DNA from: Bythopirellula sp.
Lineage (GTDB): Bacteria > Planctomycetota > Planctomycetia > Pirellulales > Lacipirellulaceae
Direction of reading: 5' to 3'
DNA length: 64,000 nucleotides
Assembly: GCA_041738415.1 (NCBI GenBank)
Contig: JBGSPU010000102.1
Coordinates: 474-64,473, forward strand
In this document: one piece after another, positions 10,210 to 20,274 of the stretch
Layout: the number at the start of each line of letters is the position of its first letter
How positions within the stretch are numbered: position 1 is the stretch's first letter
Notes under the pieces: generated by a model
Database searches by the model: none
Seen by the model: only the letters and a program-made list of their open reading frames with translations
What the model was told of the DNA's origin: nothing
Position numbers and translations under genes: made by a program

Positions 10210-11031
10210 ATGTCTCGTCATCCCTCCTATCTCGGTGTATTTCTTACTTTTGTCCACAATAGCCTAGTGCGGGACATGACTTTTCGCGCAAATTTCATAA
10301 TCGACACCGTCTCGTCGATGTCGTGGATGATCATGAATCTGGGATTTTATACCCTCGTTTTTCAATTTACGCCGAATATTGCCGACTGGGGTAAGTACGA
10401 GTTCTTTGTGTTCATCGCCACAACAATGTTCGTGAACAGCCTGGTCCAAGCTTTTTTCATGCCCAATGCCGAGGAACTAAGCGAACAAGTTCGTACAGGG
10501 GGGCTCGACTTTGCGCTGCTCAAACCCATCGATACCCAGTTTTTGGTCTCCTTGCGACGGATCAGTTGGTCCTCGCTGGGGAATTTTTTTGTCGCCTTGC
10601 TGCTATTGTTCTACGCCGTGCCGAGAATCGAAGGGCTCGAACTTACGCTCTGGCAGGTGCTGTTGTATCCCGTCTACGTGTTGATGGGAGTCTTGATCTT
10701 GTATAGCGTGATGATTGCCCTGGCTGCCACGAGCATCTGGCTGGGGCGCAATCAGTCGCTGTACGATTTTTGGTTTTACATTACAAATTTCTCGCGCTAT
10801 CCGATGGAGATTTATGAAGGGCCGTGGGGGACACCGCTCCGGCAACTTTTCACATTCGTGATTCCGATCCTGGTAGTGATCAACGTGCCGGCACGCCTCA
10901 TGGCCAAGCCACTCGTGTGGGAGCATTCCTGGCTGGCAGCGTTTGGAGTGATTGCTACGGTCGGTAGTTTGCTAGGCAGTCGCTGGATATTTAAAAGAGC
11001 GTTGTGGAGCTATCGGAGTGCAAGTAGCTGA
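10210..11031 (+). CDS. ABC-2 family permease, second subunit (DUF990-like)
   Basis: GGLDFALLKPIDTQF and FSRYPMEIY motifs, hydrophobic; start placed at MSRHPSY. Confidence 0.88.
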   Translation: MSRHPSYLGVFLTFVHNSLVRDMTFRANFIIDTVSSMSWMIMNLGFYTLVFQFTPNIADWGKYEFFVFIATTMFVNSLVQAFFMPNAEELSEQVRTGGLDFALLKPIDTQFLVSLRRISWSSLGNFFVALLLLFYAVPRIEGLELTLWQVLLYPVYVLMGVLILYSVMIALAATSIWLGRNQSLYDFWFYITNFSRYPMEIYEGPWGTPLRQLFTFVIPILVVINVPARLMAKPLVWEHSWLAAFGVIATVGSLLGSRWIFKRALWSYRSASS

Positions 11032-11115
11032 AGGAAATGCAGAATGGCGAGCCACGCTTCGTAAGCGACCTGAATATTGACCATCTGACAACGGATATCG
11101 GATAACTGACCAACT

Positions 11116-11799
11116 ATGGACGACGATTCTCAACCACGATTAGTGATATTGGGGGCGGGCCCGATTGGGTTAGAAGCTACGCTCTATGCCCGCTATCTGG
11201 GGTACAGCGCCGAGGTGTTTGGGCGGGGGGAACTGCCAGCTCTGAGCGTCCATGACGCTGGTGAGCGTATTCTTGATGGTCCGTTCCGCGAGCATGCTTC
11301 CACTTTGGGCGTGGCGGCGCTCGCGGCACAGAATTCCAAGTGGCAGTGCCCGGCAGGTGCGACAATACTCTCGGCCGCAGAGTACTATCGCAGCTATCTA
11401 GCACCTTTGGCGGAGTCGGATTTGATAGCAGACTCACTGCGATTGGGCATGGAAGTGCAGAGTGTGAATCGCAGCGAAATAGGCGCCTGGCGGATAGGTT
11501 GCCGGAGTCATACAGGTTATGAATCGGAGTTCGCGGCAGATGGTTTGATCGATATTACGGGCTCGGGCAGCGATTTCTTTTTTCGTGGAGAAACGGACGA
11601 CGAAGATGATCAGGTGCCTGAGTCACTAAGCTTTCTGAATCCGGTCGCGGATTATTATGTGCTCGGAAGCAAGAGTTCCAAACCTGGCGAGTCTTTTCGA
11701 TTCGCTGAGGGGCTCGCGCAAATTCGCGAGTTGTTCGCCATTCTTGGGGAGCGGGAAGACTTAGACGTGTATGCTACAATGCCGCCTATTGCTGGTTAG
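11116..11799 (+). CDS. Short FAD-dependent oxidoreductase-like protein
   Basis: N-terminal Rossmann motif ILGAGPIGLEA; C-terminal YYVLGSKS...GLAQIRELF; only 227 aa. Confidence 0.65.
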   Translation: MDDDSQPRLVILGAGPIGLEATLYARYLGYSAEVFGRGELPALSVHDAGERILDGPFREHASTLGVAALAAQNSKWQCPAGATILSAAEYYRSYLAPLAESDLIADSLRLGMEVQSVNRSEIGAWRIGCRSHTGYESEFAADGLIDITGSGSDFFFRGETDDEDDQVPESLSFLNPVADYYVLGSKSSKPGESFRFAEGLAQIRELFAILGEREDLDVYATMPPIAG

Positions 11800-11813
11800 T
11801 TCTAAAGGAGGAT

Positions 11814-13994
11814 TTGTTCATGGATTGTTTGCGGAATGCGTTGATCATGCTGTTGGTTATTTCATGTTGGGCGACAAACGAAAGGTCAACTGCAAAGGAG
11901 TCTGCGTTGAACTATCCGGACGCGCGCCGCGAGGATCAGGTGGATACGTTTCATGGAGTGGAAGTCGCGGATCCCTATCGCTGGCTGGAGGAAGACGTTC
12001 GTACTTCCGAGGAAGTGGCCGAGTGGGTGGCTGCTGAGAACCTGATCACCCGCCGATATCTCGAAGCGATCCCCGAGCGGGCGGCCATCGAGGAGAGGCT
12101 CACAAAGCTGTGGAACTTCGAACGTTATAGCATCCCCTCTATGACTGCTGGAAAGTATTTCTTTCTAAAGAACAACGGGCTGCAAAATCAAGCGGTGCTC
12201 TATGGTTCTGACACCGACGACGGTGAGGGTCGCATACTGATCGACCCTAATAACTGGTCGGAGGACGGTACTGTCTCGTTAGGTTTCATGGCGGAGAGTG
12301 ATGATGCTCGGCATTTGGCCTACGGACGCAAAGATGCGGGTTCCGATTGGTCCACCATTTATGTGATGGACATTGCCACGGGGAAGCAACTTGTCGATAA
12401 GCTCGAGTGGACACGCTGGGGTGGCATCCAGTGGAACGCCGAGGGTACCGGGTTTTACTACACCCGCTATCCCGAACCAAATCCCGACGAACAACATCAG
12501 GCACTAGCGATCAACCCGGCGATCTATTTTCATCGGTTGGGAGATCCGCAGGAAAAAGACAAACTCGTCTACAGTCGTCCCAATGAGCCGACCTGGAGCT
12601 TTGAGTTGAAGCGATCCGATGACAACCAGTTCTTGGTACTGATGATTTCGCGGAGTACCGATCCGCAGAATCAAATTTACTTACGTCGTGTGGACGCGCC
12701 GCTTGACGCGCCGTTTCGGCCTCTTATCGAAGATTTTGAGAATCAGTTCTGGTTTCTGGGCAATGTCGAAGAGCAACTCTATTTCCTCACCGATTTTGAG
12801 GCACCGACCAAGCGAGTGGTTGCACTCGACGTGGCCAGCCTGGCAGGGGATCAGACGATCCGCGAGCAATTGACCGAGATTATACCGGCAGCAGTAGCGA
12901 CTCTTGAAGGTGCGACGCTGTTCGCAGATCAGATCGTGGCGACCTATCTCAAGGACGTGGTTTCACAGGTGAAGGCGTATGAGCTCGACGGCACTCCCTT
13001 ACGAGAGATCGGATTGCCTGGGATTGGCTCGGCGAGTGGTTTTTCTGGTCGGCAAAATGATACCGAGACCTTCTTTTCGTTCACCAGCTACATTGTACCG
13101 GCGAGCATTTTCCGACTCGATCTGGAAACGGGCAAGAGTTCGCTGATTAGGCAACCTGAGGTGGAATTTGATCGCTCGCTGTTTGAATCTCGTCAGGCGT
13201 TTTATAAGAGCAAAGATGGGACGCAGGTGCCGATTATTGTTTCTCATCGCAAGGGTATGGAGCACAATGGGGAGCAACCGACACTGCTTTACGGCTATGG
13301 GGGATTTGACATCTCGCTGTCCCCCTATTTTTCGGTGGCGTATGCGACCTGGATGGAGATGGGGGGAGTCGTGGCCGTGCCTAATTTGCGCGGCGGGGGC
13401 GAGTACGGCGAGGCGTGGCATCAAGCTGGTAAGAAACTCAAGAAGCAGAATGTGTTTGACGACTTTATCGCAGCGGCTGAATGGCTGATTGCTGAGAAGT
13501 ACACCTCTACGCCTAAGCTGGCGATCATGGGGGGCAGCAACGGCGGACTGTTGGTCGGGGCGGCACTCACACAGCGACCCGACCTGTTTGGGGCCTGTCT
13601 GCCAGCGGTGGGAGTCCTCGATATGCTTCGCTATCAGAATTTCACTGCAGGGCATTTCTGGCGAGACGAATACGGCACGGTCGACGACGAAAGCGAGTTT
13701 CGCGCCCTGCTGGCTTATTCGCCGTATCACAATGTGAAGCCGGGGACAGAATATCCACCGACGATGATTCTCACTGCCGACACTGACGACCGCGTTGTGC
13801 CGATGCACAGTTTCAAGTTTGGAGCTGCGCTACAAGCAGCACAAGCGGGGCCGGGACCGATCCTCATGCGGATCGAAACTCGTGCTGGCCATGGTGCGGG
13901 AACACCGACGACCAAAAAGATCGAGGAAACCGCTGATTGCTGGGCGTTTCTCTGGAAGAATCTGGGGATGAGCGGAGTAGGACGGAACGAGTAA
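11814..13994 (+). CDS. Prolyl oligopeptidase (S9A), with signal peptide
   Basis: DPYRWLE, GGSNGGLL nucleophile elbow, DTDDRV and GHGAG motifs. Confidence 0.95.
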   Translation: MFMDCLRNALIMLLVISCWATNERSTAKESALNYPDARREDQVDTFHGVEVADPYRWLEEDVRTSEEVAEWVAAENLITRRYLEAIPERAAIEERLTKLWNFERYSIPSMTAGKYFFLKNNGLQNQAVLYGSDTDDGEGRILIDPNNWSEDGTVSLGFMAESDDARHLAYGRKDAGSDWSTIYVMDIATGKQLVDKLEWTRWGGIQWNAEGTGFYYTRYPEPNPDEQHQALAINPAIYFHRLGDPQEKDKLVYSRPNEPTWSFELKRSDDNQFLVLMISRSTDPQNQIYLRRVDAPLDAPFRPLIEDFENQFWFLGNVEEQLYFLTDFEAPTKRVVALDVASLAGDQTIREQLTEIIPAAVATLEGATLFADQIVATYLKDVVSQVKAYELDGTPLREIGLPGIGSASGFSGRQNDTETFFSFTSYIVPASIFRLDLETGKSSLIRQPEVEFDRSLFESRQAFYKSKDGTQVPIIVSHRKGMEHNGEQPTLLYGYGGFDISLSPYFSVAYATWMEMGGVVAVPNLRGGGEYGEAWHQAGKKLKKQNVFDDFIAAAEWLIAEKYTSTPKLAIMGGSNGGLLVGAALTQRPDLFGACLPAVGVLDMLRYQNFTAGHFWRDEYGTVDDESEFRALLAYSPYHNVKPGTEYPPTMILTADTDDRVVPMHSFKFGAALQAAQAGPGPILMRIETRAGHGAGTPTTKKIEETADCWAFLWKNLGMSGVGRNE

Positions 13995-14073
13995 TACGAG
14001 TTATGGCATTTGATTTTCAAACAAGGAAATGTGCCGGAACTCGTGAATCTCACTCCGACCTGCAGTCTTGCTT

Positions 14074-15009
14074 TTATCTCGCCGAGACCATCCTCAGTTC
14101 GCGCGGCAATGGGAATGAAACGTCTTCGGTGCGGAGGGAATGTACCTCTACTGTAGCGTCGAAGCGCTCTTGAAGAAAATCAAGCACGGCTTCGACGACA
14201 ATTTCGGGGGCACTTGCCCCAGCGGTCACCAGAACGGTCTCGACATTCTCGAACCAAGCCATGTCGATGTCTTGGACGCCGTCGATCAGATGGGCCTTGA
14301 GTCCCCGCTCGCGGGAGAGTTCAGCCAGTCGCTGACTATTGGAACTGTTTTGACTCCCCAGCACCAAGGTAAGATCGGCCGTGGTAGCCAACATAGAAAC
14401 CGCCTCTTGGCGATTCTGGGTGGCGTAGCAGATGTCGTCCTTGGGAGGAGAGGTGACTTGGGGAAATCGCTCACGAATTTGCGTGATAATGCGGTTGGCA
14501 TCGTCGACGCTGAGCGTGGTTTGCGTGAGGTAAGCGACCTTGGACTCATCGGCCACGGAAAGCCGATTTACGTCTTCAGGGGTTTCGACCAGCACGATTG
14601 CCTCGGGTGCCTCACCCATGGTGCCGATAACTTCATCATGGCCTTCGTGGCCAATGAGAAAGATCGTATAACCCAGATTAGCGCACTTGATGGCTTCCAG
14701 GTGGACCTTAGTGACTAACGGACAAGTGGCATCGATGGCCCGTAGCTTGCGATCGCGCGCTATCCGGCGGACTTCCGGCGAGACGCCGTGAGCGGAGAAC
14801 AAAAGGGTCGCACCTTCAGGCACATCTGTTAGCGATTCGACGAATACCACTCCCTGTGAGCGGAAGCGGTCGACAACATACTTGTTGTGGACGATTTCGT
14901 GATACACAAAGATCGGACCGGGGAGCGACTCAATGGCCAATTCTAAAGCCTCGATCGCCATATTTACACCCGCACAGAACCCGCGGGGGCTGGCCAACAA
15001 TACCCGCAT
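14074..15009 (-). CDS. ispH: 4-hydroxy-3-methylbut-2-enyl diphosphate reductase
   Basis: MRVLLASPRGFCAGV, IVHN, DATCPLV, ICYATQNRQ, SSNS and TAGASAP motifs. Confidence 0.97.
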   Translation of the reverse strand: MRVLLASPRGFCAGVNMAIEALELAIESLPGPIFVYHEIVHNKYVVDRFRSQGVVFVESLTDVPEGATLLFSAHGVSPEVRRIARDRKLRAIDATCPLVTKVHLEAIKCANLGYTIFLIGHEGHDEVIGTMGEAPEAIVLVETPEDVNRLSVADESKVAYLTQTTLSVDDANRIITQIRERFPQVTSPPKDDICYATQNRQEAVSMLATTADLTLVLGSQNSSNSQRLAELSRERGLKAHLIDGVQDIDMAWFENVETVLVTAGASAPEIVVEAVLDFLQERFDATVEVHSLRTEDVSFPLPRELRMVSAR

Positions 15010-15106
15010 TTTTTCGTTACCTGGCTTGGGAGACACTGGAGTCAGACGCTCTAACCATGATAACCGCAGCTTGGGCAGGTCGACAACTTGCTTCCCAAGG
15101 AATCGC

Positions 15107-15316
15107 TCAGCGGGGCTTGTTCGGGGTCTGGTGCCAGGTTTGTCGAAAGAAGGGGATCTTTTGCTTGTCTGTCGCTCCAAAGCGAGTTTCTAATCGTTTG
15201 AGTGCCCGATTCAGCTTCAAGCTGAATTCAAACAGGGCGTGACCGTCCACGGTTACGGGTGGTAACTCATAACGGGCGTCAACAGGGCTGGGAGCTGGAG
15301 ATTTTGAGTTTGCCAT
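15107..15316 (-). CDS. Small hypothetical protein (69 aa)
   Basis: AGAGG RBS-like sequence before ATG at 15316; MANSKS...ELPPVTVDGHALFEFSLKLNRALKRLETRF; co-oriented between the EF-hand gene and ispH. Confidence 0.5.
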   Translation of the reverse strand: MANSKSPAPSPVDARYELPPVTVDGHALFEFSLKLNRALKRLETRFGATDKQKIPFFRQTWHQTPNKPR

Positions 15317-15546
15317 TTTCTTGCCTCTTCTCGACGGGAATACCGTTCGTGCCGGGAATCTTGACTTGTTCCGCCGATCCATCGTGCCAAAGGCGAACGA
15401 TCCAGCTCGCGTCTGATACTTTCATCATACGCACGACACACCGAAATAGTTCGCGGTTCAGGGGGAAATGGATCACGAAAATTGATCACTTAGAGAGCCA
15501 AGCGGAAATTTGGCGGCATTGTAACGCCCCAGAAGACAAGTATTCT

Positions 15547-16611
15547 TCAGTTCTTGATGTTTTTGGAGGGGTTGTTGGCTGGAAGTTTTATGGATTTTTG
15601 CAGGGAATCGAAGTTTGCCATGGCTTGGGACAGTTCCTCTCGATCCAGCCTGCCGTCGTCATTGGAGTCGACCTCTTTGAAACGGGCAGCCAGAAACCGG
15701 GGGGATTCCCGGCGGGTAAGTTGTCCGTCACTATTGCGGTCGGCGCGACGGAGTAGCTGTCCAACTCGTCTGGAAGCCTGGGGACTGGTGGAATCTCTCA
15801 TTTGCAGCGCGGAAACCTGATCTTGAAAGCTTAGGAACTCTGCCTCGGTGATGTGCTTGTCGCCATCTCTGTCGGCCCGCTGAAACATGTCTGAGAATCG
15901 CTCTTGCGCACCTTCGGGTAAATCAGCAATCTCAATCACTCCGTCCCCGTCGAAATCTAGCCGGCCGAAAAGTGCCTCGGCATTTTCACGAGTCGAGAAG
16001 GCTTGTCCGACTTCGACCTTCCTTCGGAGTCGCTCGACCATTGCAAATTGCGAATCCGAGAGCAGCGATAACTCCAGCTCGACATCAATCTGCTGGCGCT
16101 GGGTGTAGCGCAGCGCTAATTGGGTAAAGCGAGGAGACTGCTGCTGGAGTTGTCTTATGCGAAATTGGTTAGCGTCTTTAGATTGGAGTTGCTGCTGGAT
16201 CTGGTTATAAAACATCTTGAGATTGGCCGAAACTTCGTCGGACTTGATGGTCAGATCAGAGTTCTTGTCCATCCAAGCCAACAGCAATAGCAAGGCATCC
16301 GATCCGGGCAGTTGGGCACTTACTTTCTCAGTTAACGGTTTCTCAGGTCGCTCAGAAGATAGGCCTCGGTGAAACTCCGCAGCGGAAAGTTGACCATCAG
16401 AATCTGAGTCGGCTGTCCTTAGTAGGCGACGATGGAGAAACGCATGCTCGTCAGGAATCTCGGCAGAGTTCAACTGGCCGTCTCCGTCCGTATCTAAACG
16501 AAAAAAAAGGTCGGATTTGTCAGGGGATTGTGCTGCCACAAGGCCAACTAAAAAGACATGACCCAACAGTCCTACCGCCAGTGACCAACTTTGTGAGACG
16601 AATAGATGCAT
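15547..16611 (-). CDS. Exported multi-EF-hand protein
   Basis: Signal-peptide-like N-terminus; about 7 DxDxDG-type loops (DTDGDGQL, DSDSDGQL, DFDGDGVI, DRDGDKHI, DRNSDGQL, DSNDDGRL). Confidence 0.85.
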   Translation of the reverse strand: MHLFVSQSWSLAVGLLGHVFLVGLVAAQSPDKSDLFFRLDTDGDGQLNSAEIPDEHAFLHRRLLRTADSDSDGQLSAAEFHRGLSSERPEKPLTEKVSAQLPGSDALLLLLAWMDKNSDLTIKSDEVSANLKMFYNQIQQQLQSKDANQFRIRQLQQQSPRFTQLALRYTQRQQIDVELELSLLSDSQFAMVERLRRKVEVGQAFSTRENAEALFGRLDFDGDGVIEIADLPEGAQERFSDMFQRADRDGDKHITEAEFLSFQDQVSALQMRDSTSPQASRRVGQLLRRADRNSDGQLTRRESPRFLAARFKEVDSNDDGRLDREELSQAMANFDSLQKSIKLPANNPSKNIKN

Positions 16612-16884
16612 AACTACTCAAGGGCAATACTTGTTTGGATCAAAAAAGATTTTCGGCTGCTATCATACCAAAACCCTGTGACAGGGCCAAAGTTTCGATT
16701 TTTCAGAGTCGCTTGCGGGGAAATATGCGCCTTCATGCAACATGTCCCGGATTCCTCGAAATAAAACCCTCAAAACCTCTCTAGACGCTACTGCCAAGAT
16801 TTGAAACACTTCTCGCCCAGATTAGGGAAATAGGGCAGGGGGCTTGCGGAAATTTTTCACACCTTCCGGCCCAAACGATGGGAG

Positions 16885-17361
16885 ATGATCGGTATGACTT
16901 GTTCTCGATTTTTTGCTAATACGAAGCGTGCTTTAACATTTGCGCTTGTTTTTAGTCAGATGGCGCAGCCTCAACTACTCTACTCTCAATCCACTGGTGC
17001 TCCAGAGGCAGTAGGTGGTACGCCGCAAATGTACCAAGATTCGGAAGTTCGCCAAACCGGCTGGCCTTCGATTCCCCTGCCAAAGATATCCATGCCGAAA
17101 ATTTGGATGCCGGACATGTCTCCCATTACTGGACCCGTGAAATCCGGCTTCCATAAAGTGAGTACCGGCACGAAAAAGGCTTGGGAAGGTACCAAGGAAA
17201 TGTTCACCTTTGGTGGCGAAGAATCCACTCAAACTGTCTCCCGTCAGACTGCACAGCAGAAACCAGGTTTCTGGAGTCGAATGTTCTCCTCTAAGCCAGA
17301 GCCATCTAGTGGCCCGCAAACCGTGGGCGAGTGGATGGCCCAACCTCGCCTCGATCCCTAG
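16885..17361 (+). CDS. Hypothetical exported protein
   Basis: 158-aa ORF with hydrophobic N-terminus and Pro-rich low-complexity segments; no family recognised. Confidence 0.6.
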   Translation: MIGMTCSRFFANTKRALTFALVFSQMAQPQLLYSQSTGAPEAVGGTPQMYQDSEVRQTGWPSIPLPKISMPKIWMPDMSPITGPVKSGFHKVSTGTKKAWEGTKEMFTFGGEESTQTVSRQTAQQKPGFWSRMFSSKPEPSSGPQTVGEWMAQPRLDP

Positions 17362-17409
17362 CCGATGCCGCTGACGGCTTAGCCTAATCCAAGCTTCACG
17401 AGCAGTACC

Positions 17410-17589
17410 ATGGGCAAACCTAATTGGTCAATCGGTGTCTTTTTAGTGGCATCAGCATTTCTCCCCGGATGTCAGTCTTGGCAAGATACCTCGCCTCCAG
17501 GGTTAGGCAACTGGAATAATGAACGACGAACCGTTCAAGAAGCCAAGAACGACCCATTCCCTTCTCCTCAGCAAGTCGGGATCAAGTGA
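17410..17589 (+). CDS. Small lipoprotein (59 aa; not in ORF track)
   Basis: Hand translation MGKPNWSIGVFLVASAFLPGCQSWQDTSPPGLGNWNNERRTVQEAKNDPFPSPQQVGIK; lipobox-like LPG-C. Confidence 0.7.
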   Translation: MGKPNWSIGVFLVASAFLPGCQSWQDTSPPGLGNWNNERRTVQEAKNDPFPSPQQVGIK

Positions 17590-17673
17590 TTGCGAGGAAA
17601 CTTTCTCCCAATCACAGCCTGACTGCATCCACTTAGCGAAGGGTGCTAGACTCGCGGCTCTGGGAGTACGATA

Positions 17674-18816
17674 ATGGAGACTTCTCCAGTTAACTCCGCA
17701 TTTCGCCGACCTATGAAATCTGAATCTCCTTTCTCAAAGCTCCCTTCCCTTGGAGAGCTGTTGAACCATCCGACCGTTGCCCGAGTGGTCAAGCGGGTGA
17801 ACCAGACCACCGTCGCGCAACGAGCAACGGGATTCCTAGAGGAACTGCAAAACAACATCTGGCAACGTGCGGATTGGGGAAATGTACCATCCGTGGGACA
17901 GCTTGCCGAAAGGTTGGCACGTCGCTTACTAGGCCCTGCCGAGTGTTCTACCCCCTGCGTCAACGCGACAGGAATTCTTTTGGGCGACCGTTGGCCCACA
18001 CCACCTTTGGCTGAAGTAGCAGTCGACGAACTCGTGCGAATCACAACCGAATATCTTGCCCATGATCCCACCTTGGCTGAGCGAGCCACGGCAGCCCTCG
18101 TTGAAACCACGAGAGCAGAAAGTTCCTGGGTCTCTCATAGCTTTGCCGTGGCCGAGAAAACTGCCAAAGCCGTTGGTGGCAAAGTCGTCATCGCACGCTT
18201 CGCAGGTCTTCTTAATCCTGGAGACTATAGCCTCGAACATTTCGAGACGATTGCACAGAGATTGGAAGGGGCAGACATGGTTGTCTTCGATGGTGCAGGA
18301 CTCCTGGGAGGACCCTCCTGTGGAATCGTTGTCGGCAAACAAGAAAAAATTGCTGAGTGTGTACGTCACGCACCAGTCGATGAATGTGCGGCCAATGATC
18401 TCACGCTGGCCACACTTTGGGCCACGATGAAAATTTATCAATCTGGCGACCGCGTGATCCACCAGTTGCCACTTTGGCAGCTCTTGACGACACCCCTCGA
18501 AAATCTAGAACAACGCGCCAAACGTTTGGCGACGCTTCTCTCTTCCAGTAATCGTGTTGCCTCAGCAAAACCGATTCTGTGTACCTCGGTCTGGTGTGAA
18601 ACCGAATCGGTTCGCTTGGCAAATAATTCATGGACGATTGTCATCAACCCTGCCGACGAAGCTTTCGAAACTATCGTTCGAGCATTTGCGGAAGCTACTC
18701 CTCGGGTAATCTGCCGCGATCAGCAGAATGAGCAGCAAAACAATGAGTTGTGGCTTGATTTACGCGGTGTTTTTCCCCGTTGGGACCAGCATCTTGTAGC
18801 CGCCTGCGATTCGTAG
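17674..18816 (+). CDS. SelA (selenocysteine synthase)-like protein, PLP lysine apparently lost
   Basis: LPSLGELL, VNATGILL and DGAGLLGGPSCGIVVGK align by eye to SelA VINATG and SGDKLLGGPQAGIIVG. Confidence 0.7.
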   Translation: METSPVNSAFRRPMKSESPFSKLPSLGELLNHPTVARVVKRVNQTTVAQRATGFLEELQNNIWQRADWGNVPSVGQLAERLARRLLGPAECSTPCVNATGILLGDRWPTPPLAEVAVDELVRITTEYLAHDPTLAERATAALVETTRAESSWVSHSFAVAEKTAKAVGGKVVIARFAGLLNPGDYSLEHFETIAQRLEGADMVVFDGAGLLGGPSCGIVVGKQEKIAECVRHAPVDECAANDLTLATLWATMKIYQSGDRVIHQLPLWQLLTTPLENLEQRAKRLATLLSSSNRVASAKPILCTSVWCETESVRLANNSWTIVINPADEAFETIVRAFAEATPRVICRDQQNEQQNNELWLDLRGVFPRWDQHLVAACDS

Positions 18817-18970
18817 TTCGCTCCTTCACCGCAAAGCCTGGTAGTACTCGGAGCGATTCGGTTGTCCCAGGGGCTGGCAAAGTCTGCTCCAGCAATTATT
18901 ATAGGTCTTTCCGATCCTTTGTTCGGAGGTCTTAGTTAAATCTCACCTCATCGAAGCCAGCCTTTTCCTA

Positions 18971-19999
18971 TTGACGTTTGGACATTCTAGCTTGCTGAAA
19001 CCTCGTTCCACATTTGTTTGGCTTATGTTGGTCATAGAGGCATTGGCTTCAGGTACTAGCGTGTACGCCAGGGAAAAACTTCCCGCAGAACAGATTTCAG
19101 CAGGCTTATCAACCACTGAGAATCGAACGCAAGCTAATGCTGAGTTAAATTCAGTGTTGGCTCCCAAATCTTCCGATAAAGTTCCTTCAACTACCATGCA
19201 ACCGACGGGTGCGAGGCCGTCAGAGCCCTCGACCCCCACGAGTGGGACACCCGAACCCTCTCAAGAACAATTCGTTTATCCGGCCGAGCATCACCTTTGG
19301 ACTCATTTTCCGATTGGGTCCTGGCGAAAGATTGAAATCACGACTGAAACCTTTGATGACTCAGGGAAAATCTATGGTCGCAGTGTTACTGCGCAAAAAG
19401 AAACTTTAAAGGCCATGGCAGACGACAGCTATGTGCTGGAAATCGAGGCGACCGTGGAAGTGTCGGGCAAACAGATTGTCGGACCCATCAATACAAGAAT
19501 CCTGAGACTCCTGACGGATCGGCTTGGTGTCGTGTTTTCGACTACCAGACGTGATGATGAAATCATCGTGTTAAATGACCGTCCCATTGAGTGCCAGATA
19601 TGGGATGTGCTTTACGGCGAAGAGGCTCAGAATCTGCGTGATCGCATCTATTTTGCCCCTGAAAAGTTTCCTTATGTGCTTCGTCGTGAGACATTCGAAG
19701 TAATGGAGAACCTACCCGTCGGGACTACTCCCCTGGATGTTTCCAGTGTGATCGCAGAATATGTACCCTTGCTGGTCGACAACCAACTCTTGTCCTGTGT
19801 CTGCGAGAAGTCCACTCGGCTCCGTGACAAAGGGAGCATCCAAAGCATCAAAATGTTGTCACCTAAGGTCCCTGGAGGTGAGGTGCATACCTGGTCCACG
19901 GATTTCAATACTGAGGCAAAGCCGAATCGCTGGAGCGTACTTAAACTACTAGAATACGGAGTGAACTCCACCGCTCTTGAGGCCGTAGAAGGGCATTGA
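18971..19999 (+). CDS. Hypothetical exported protein
   Basis: 342-aa ORF (TTG start) with signal-peptide-like N-terminus, Pro/Ser linker and beta-rich domain. Confidence 0.65.
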   Translation: MTFGHSSLLKPRSTFVWLMLVIEALASGTSVYAREKLPAEQISAGLSTTENRTQANAELNSVLAPKSSDKVPSTTMQPTGARPSEPSTPTSGTPEPSQEQFVYPAEHHLWTHFPIGSWRKIEITTETFDDSGKIYGRSVTAQKETLKAMADDSYVLEIEATVEVSGKQIVGPINTRILRLLTDRLGVVFSTTRRDDEIIVLNDRPIECQIWDVLYGEEAQNLRDRIYFAPEKFPYVLRRETFEVMENLPVGTTPLDVSSVIAEYVPLLVDNQLLSCVCEKSTRLRDKGSIQSIKMLSPKVPGGEVHTWSTDFNTEAKPNRWSVLKLLEYGVNSTALEAVEGH

Positions 20000-20274
20000 A
20001 CGGGCTTCCGGAAGGATCGTACCCGTGGATTTCCCGCCTAATTTGGAGCAATTGTAGATTCAGAAGTCGGCGCATGGCTAAATCTAGCGGCTTTAGAGAA
20101 GGTGCGTCGATCTTGTCCGTAATGGACCTGCCTTGTACTATGACAACAATCTACTTTTGGGCCCAAGCCCACCTGCGGCGATTCGCCTGGACATCTATCT
20201 TACCTTAGTTGCCAGGCAAACCATTTAATCAGACGCAACAGTTTATCTGACGTAACAATGAGAGAGGGATTGTC

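Noticed and set aside
14074-15180. Extended N-termini in the ORF track (ispH 15180; likewise queF 33256, ribE 46348, transposase 34151, DksA-like 27274, zwf 50227)
   Set aside because: Conserved family sequence and RBS-like sites begin at later ATGs, and several extensions overlap neighbouring genes.
16674-16686. Palindrome CCCTGT-G-ACAGGG in a divergent promoter region
   Set aside because: A single 6-bp-arm palindrome is expected by chance in 64 kb; no second copy or cognate regulator was seen.
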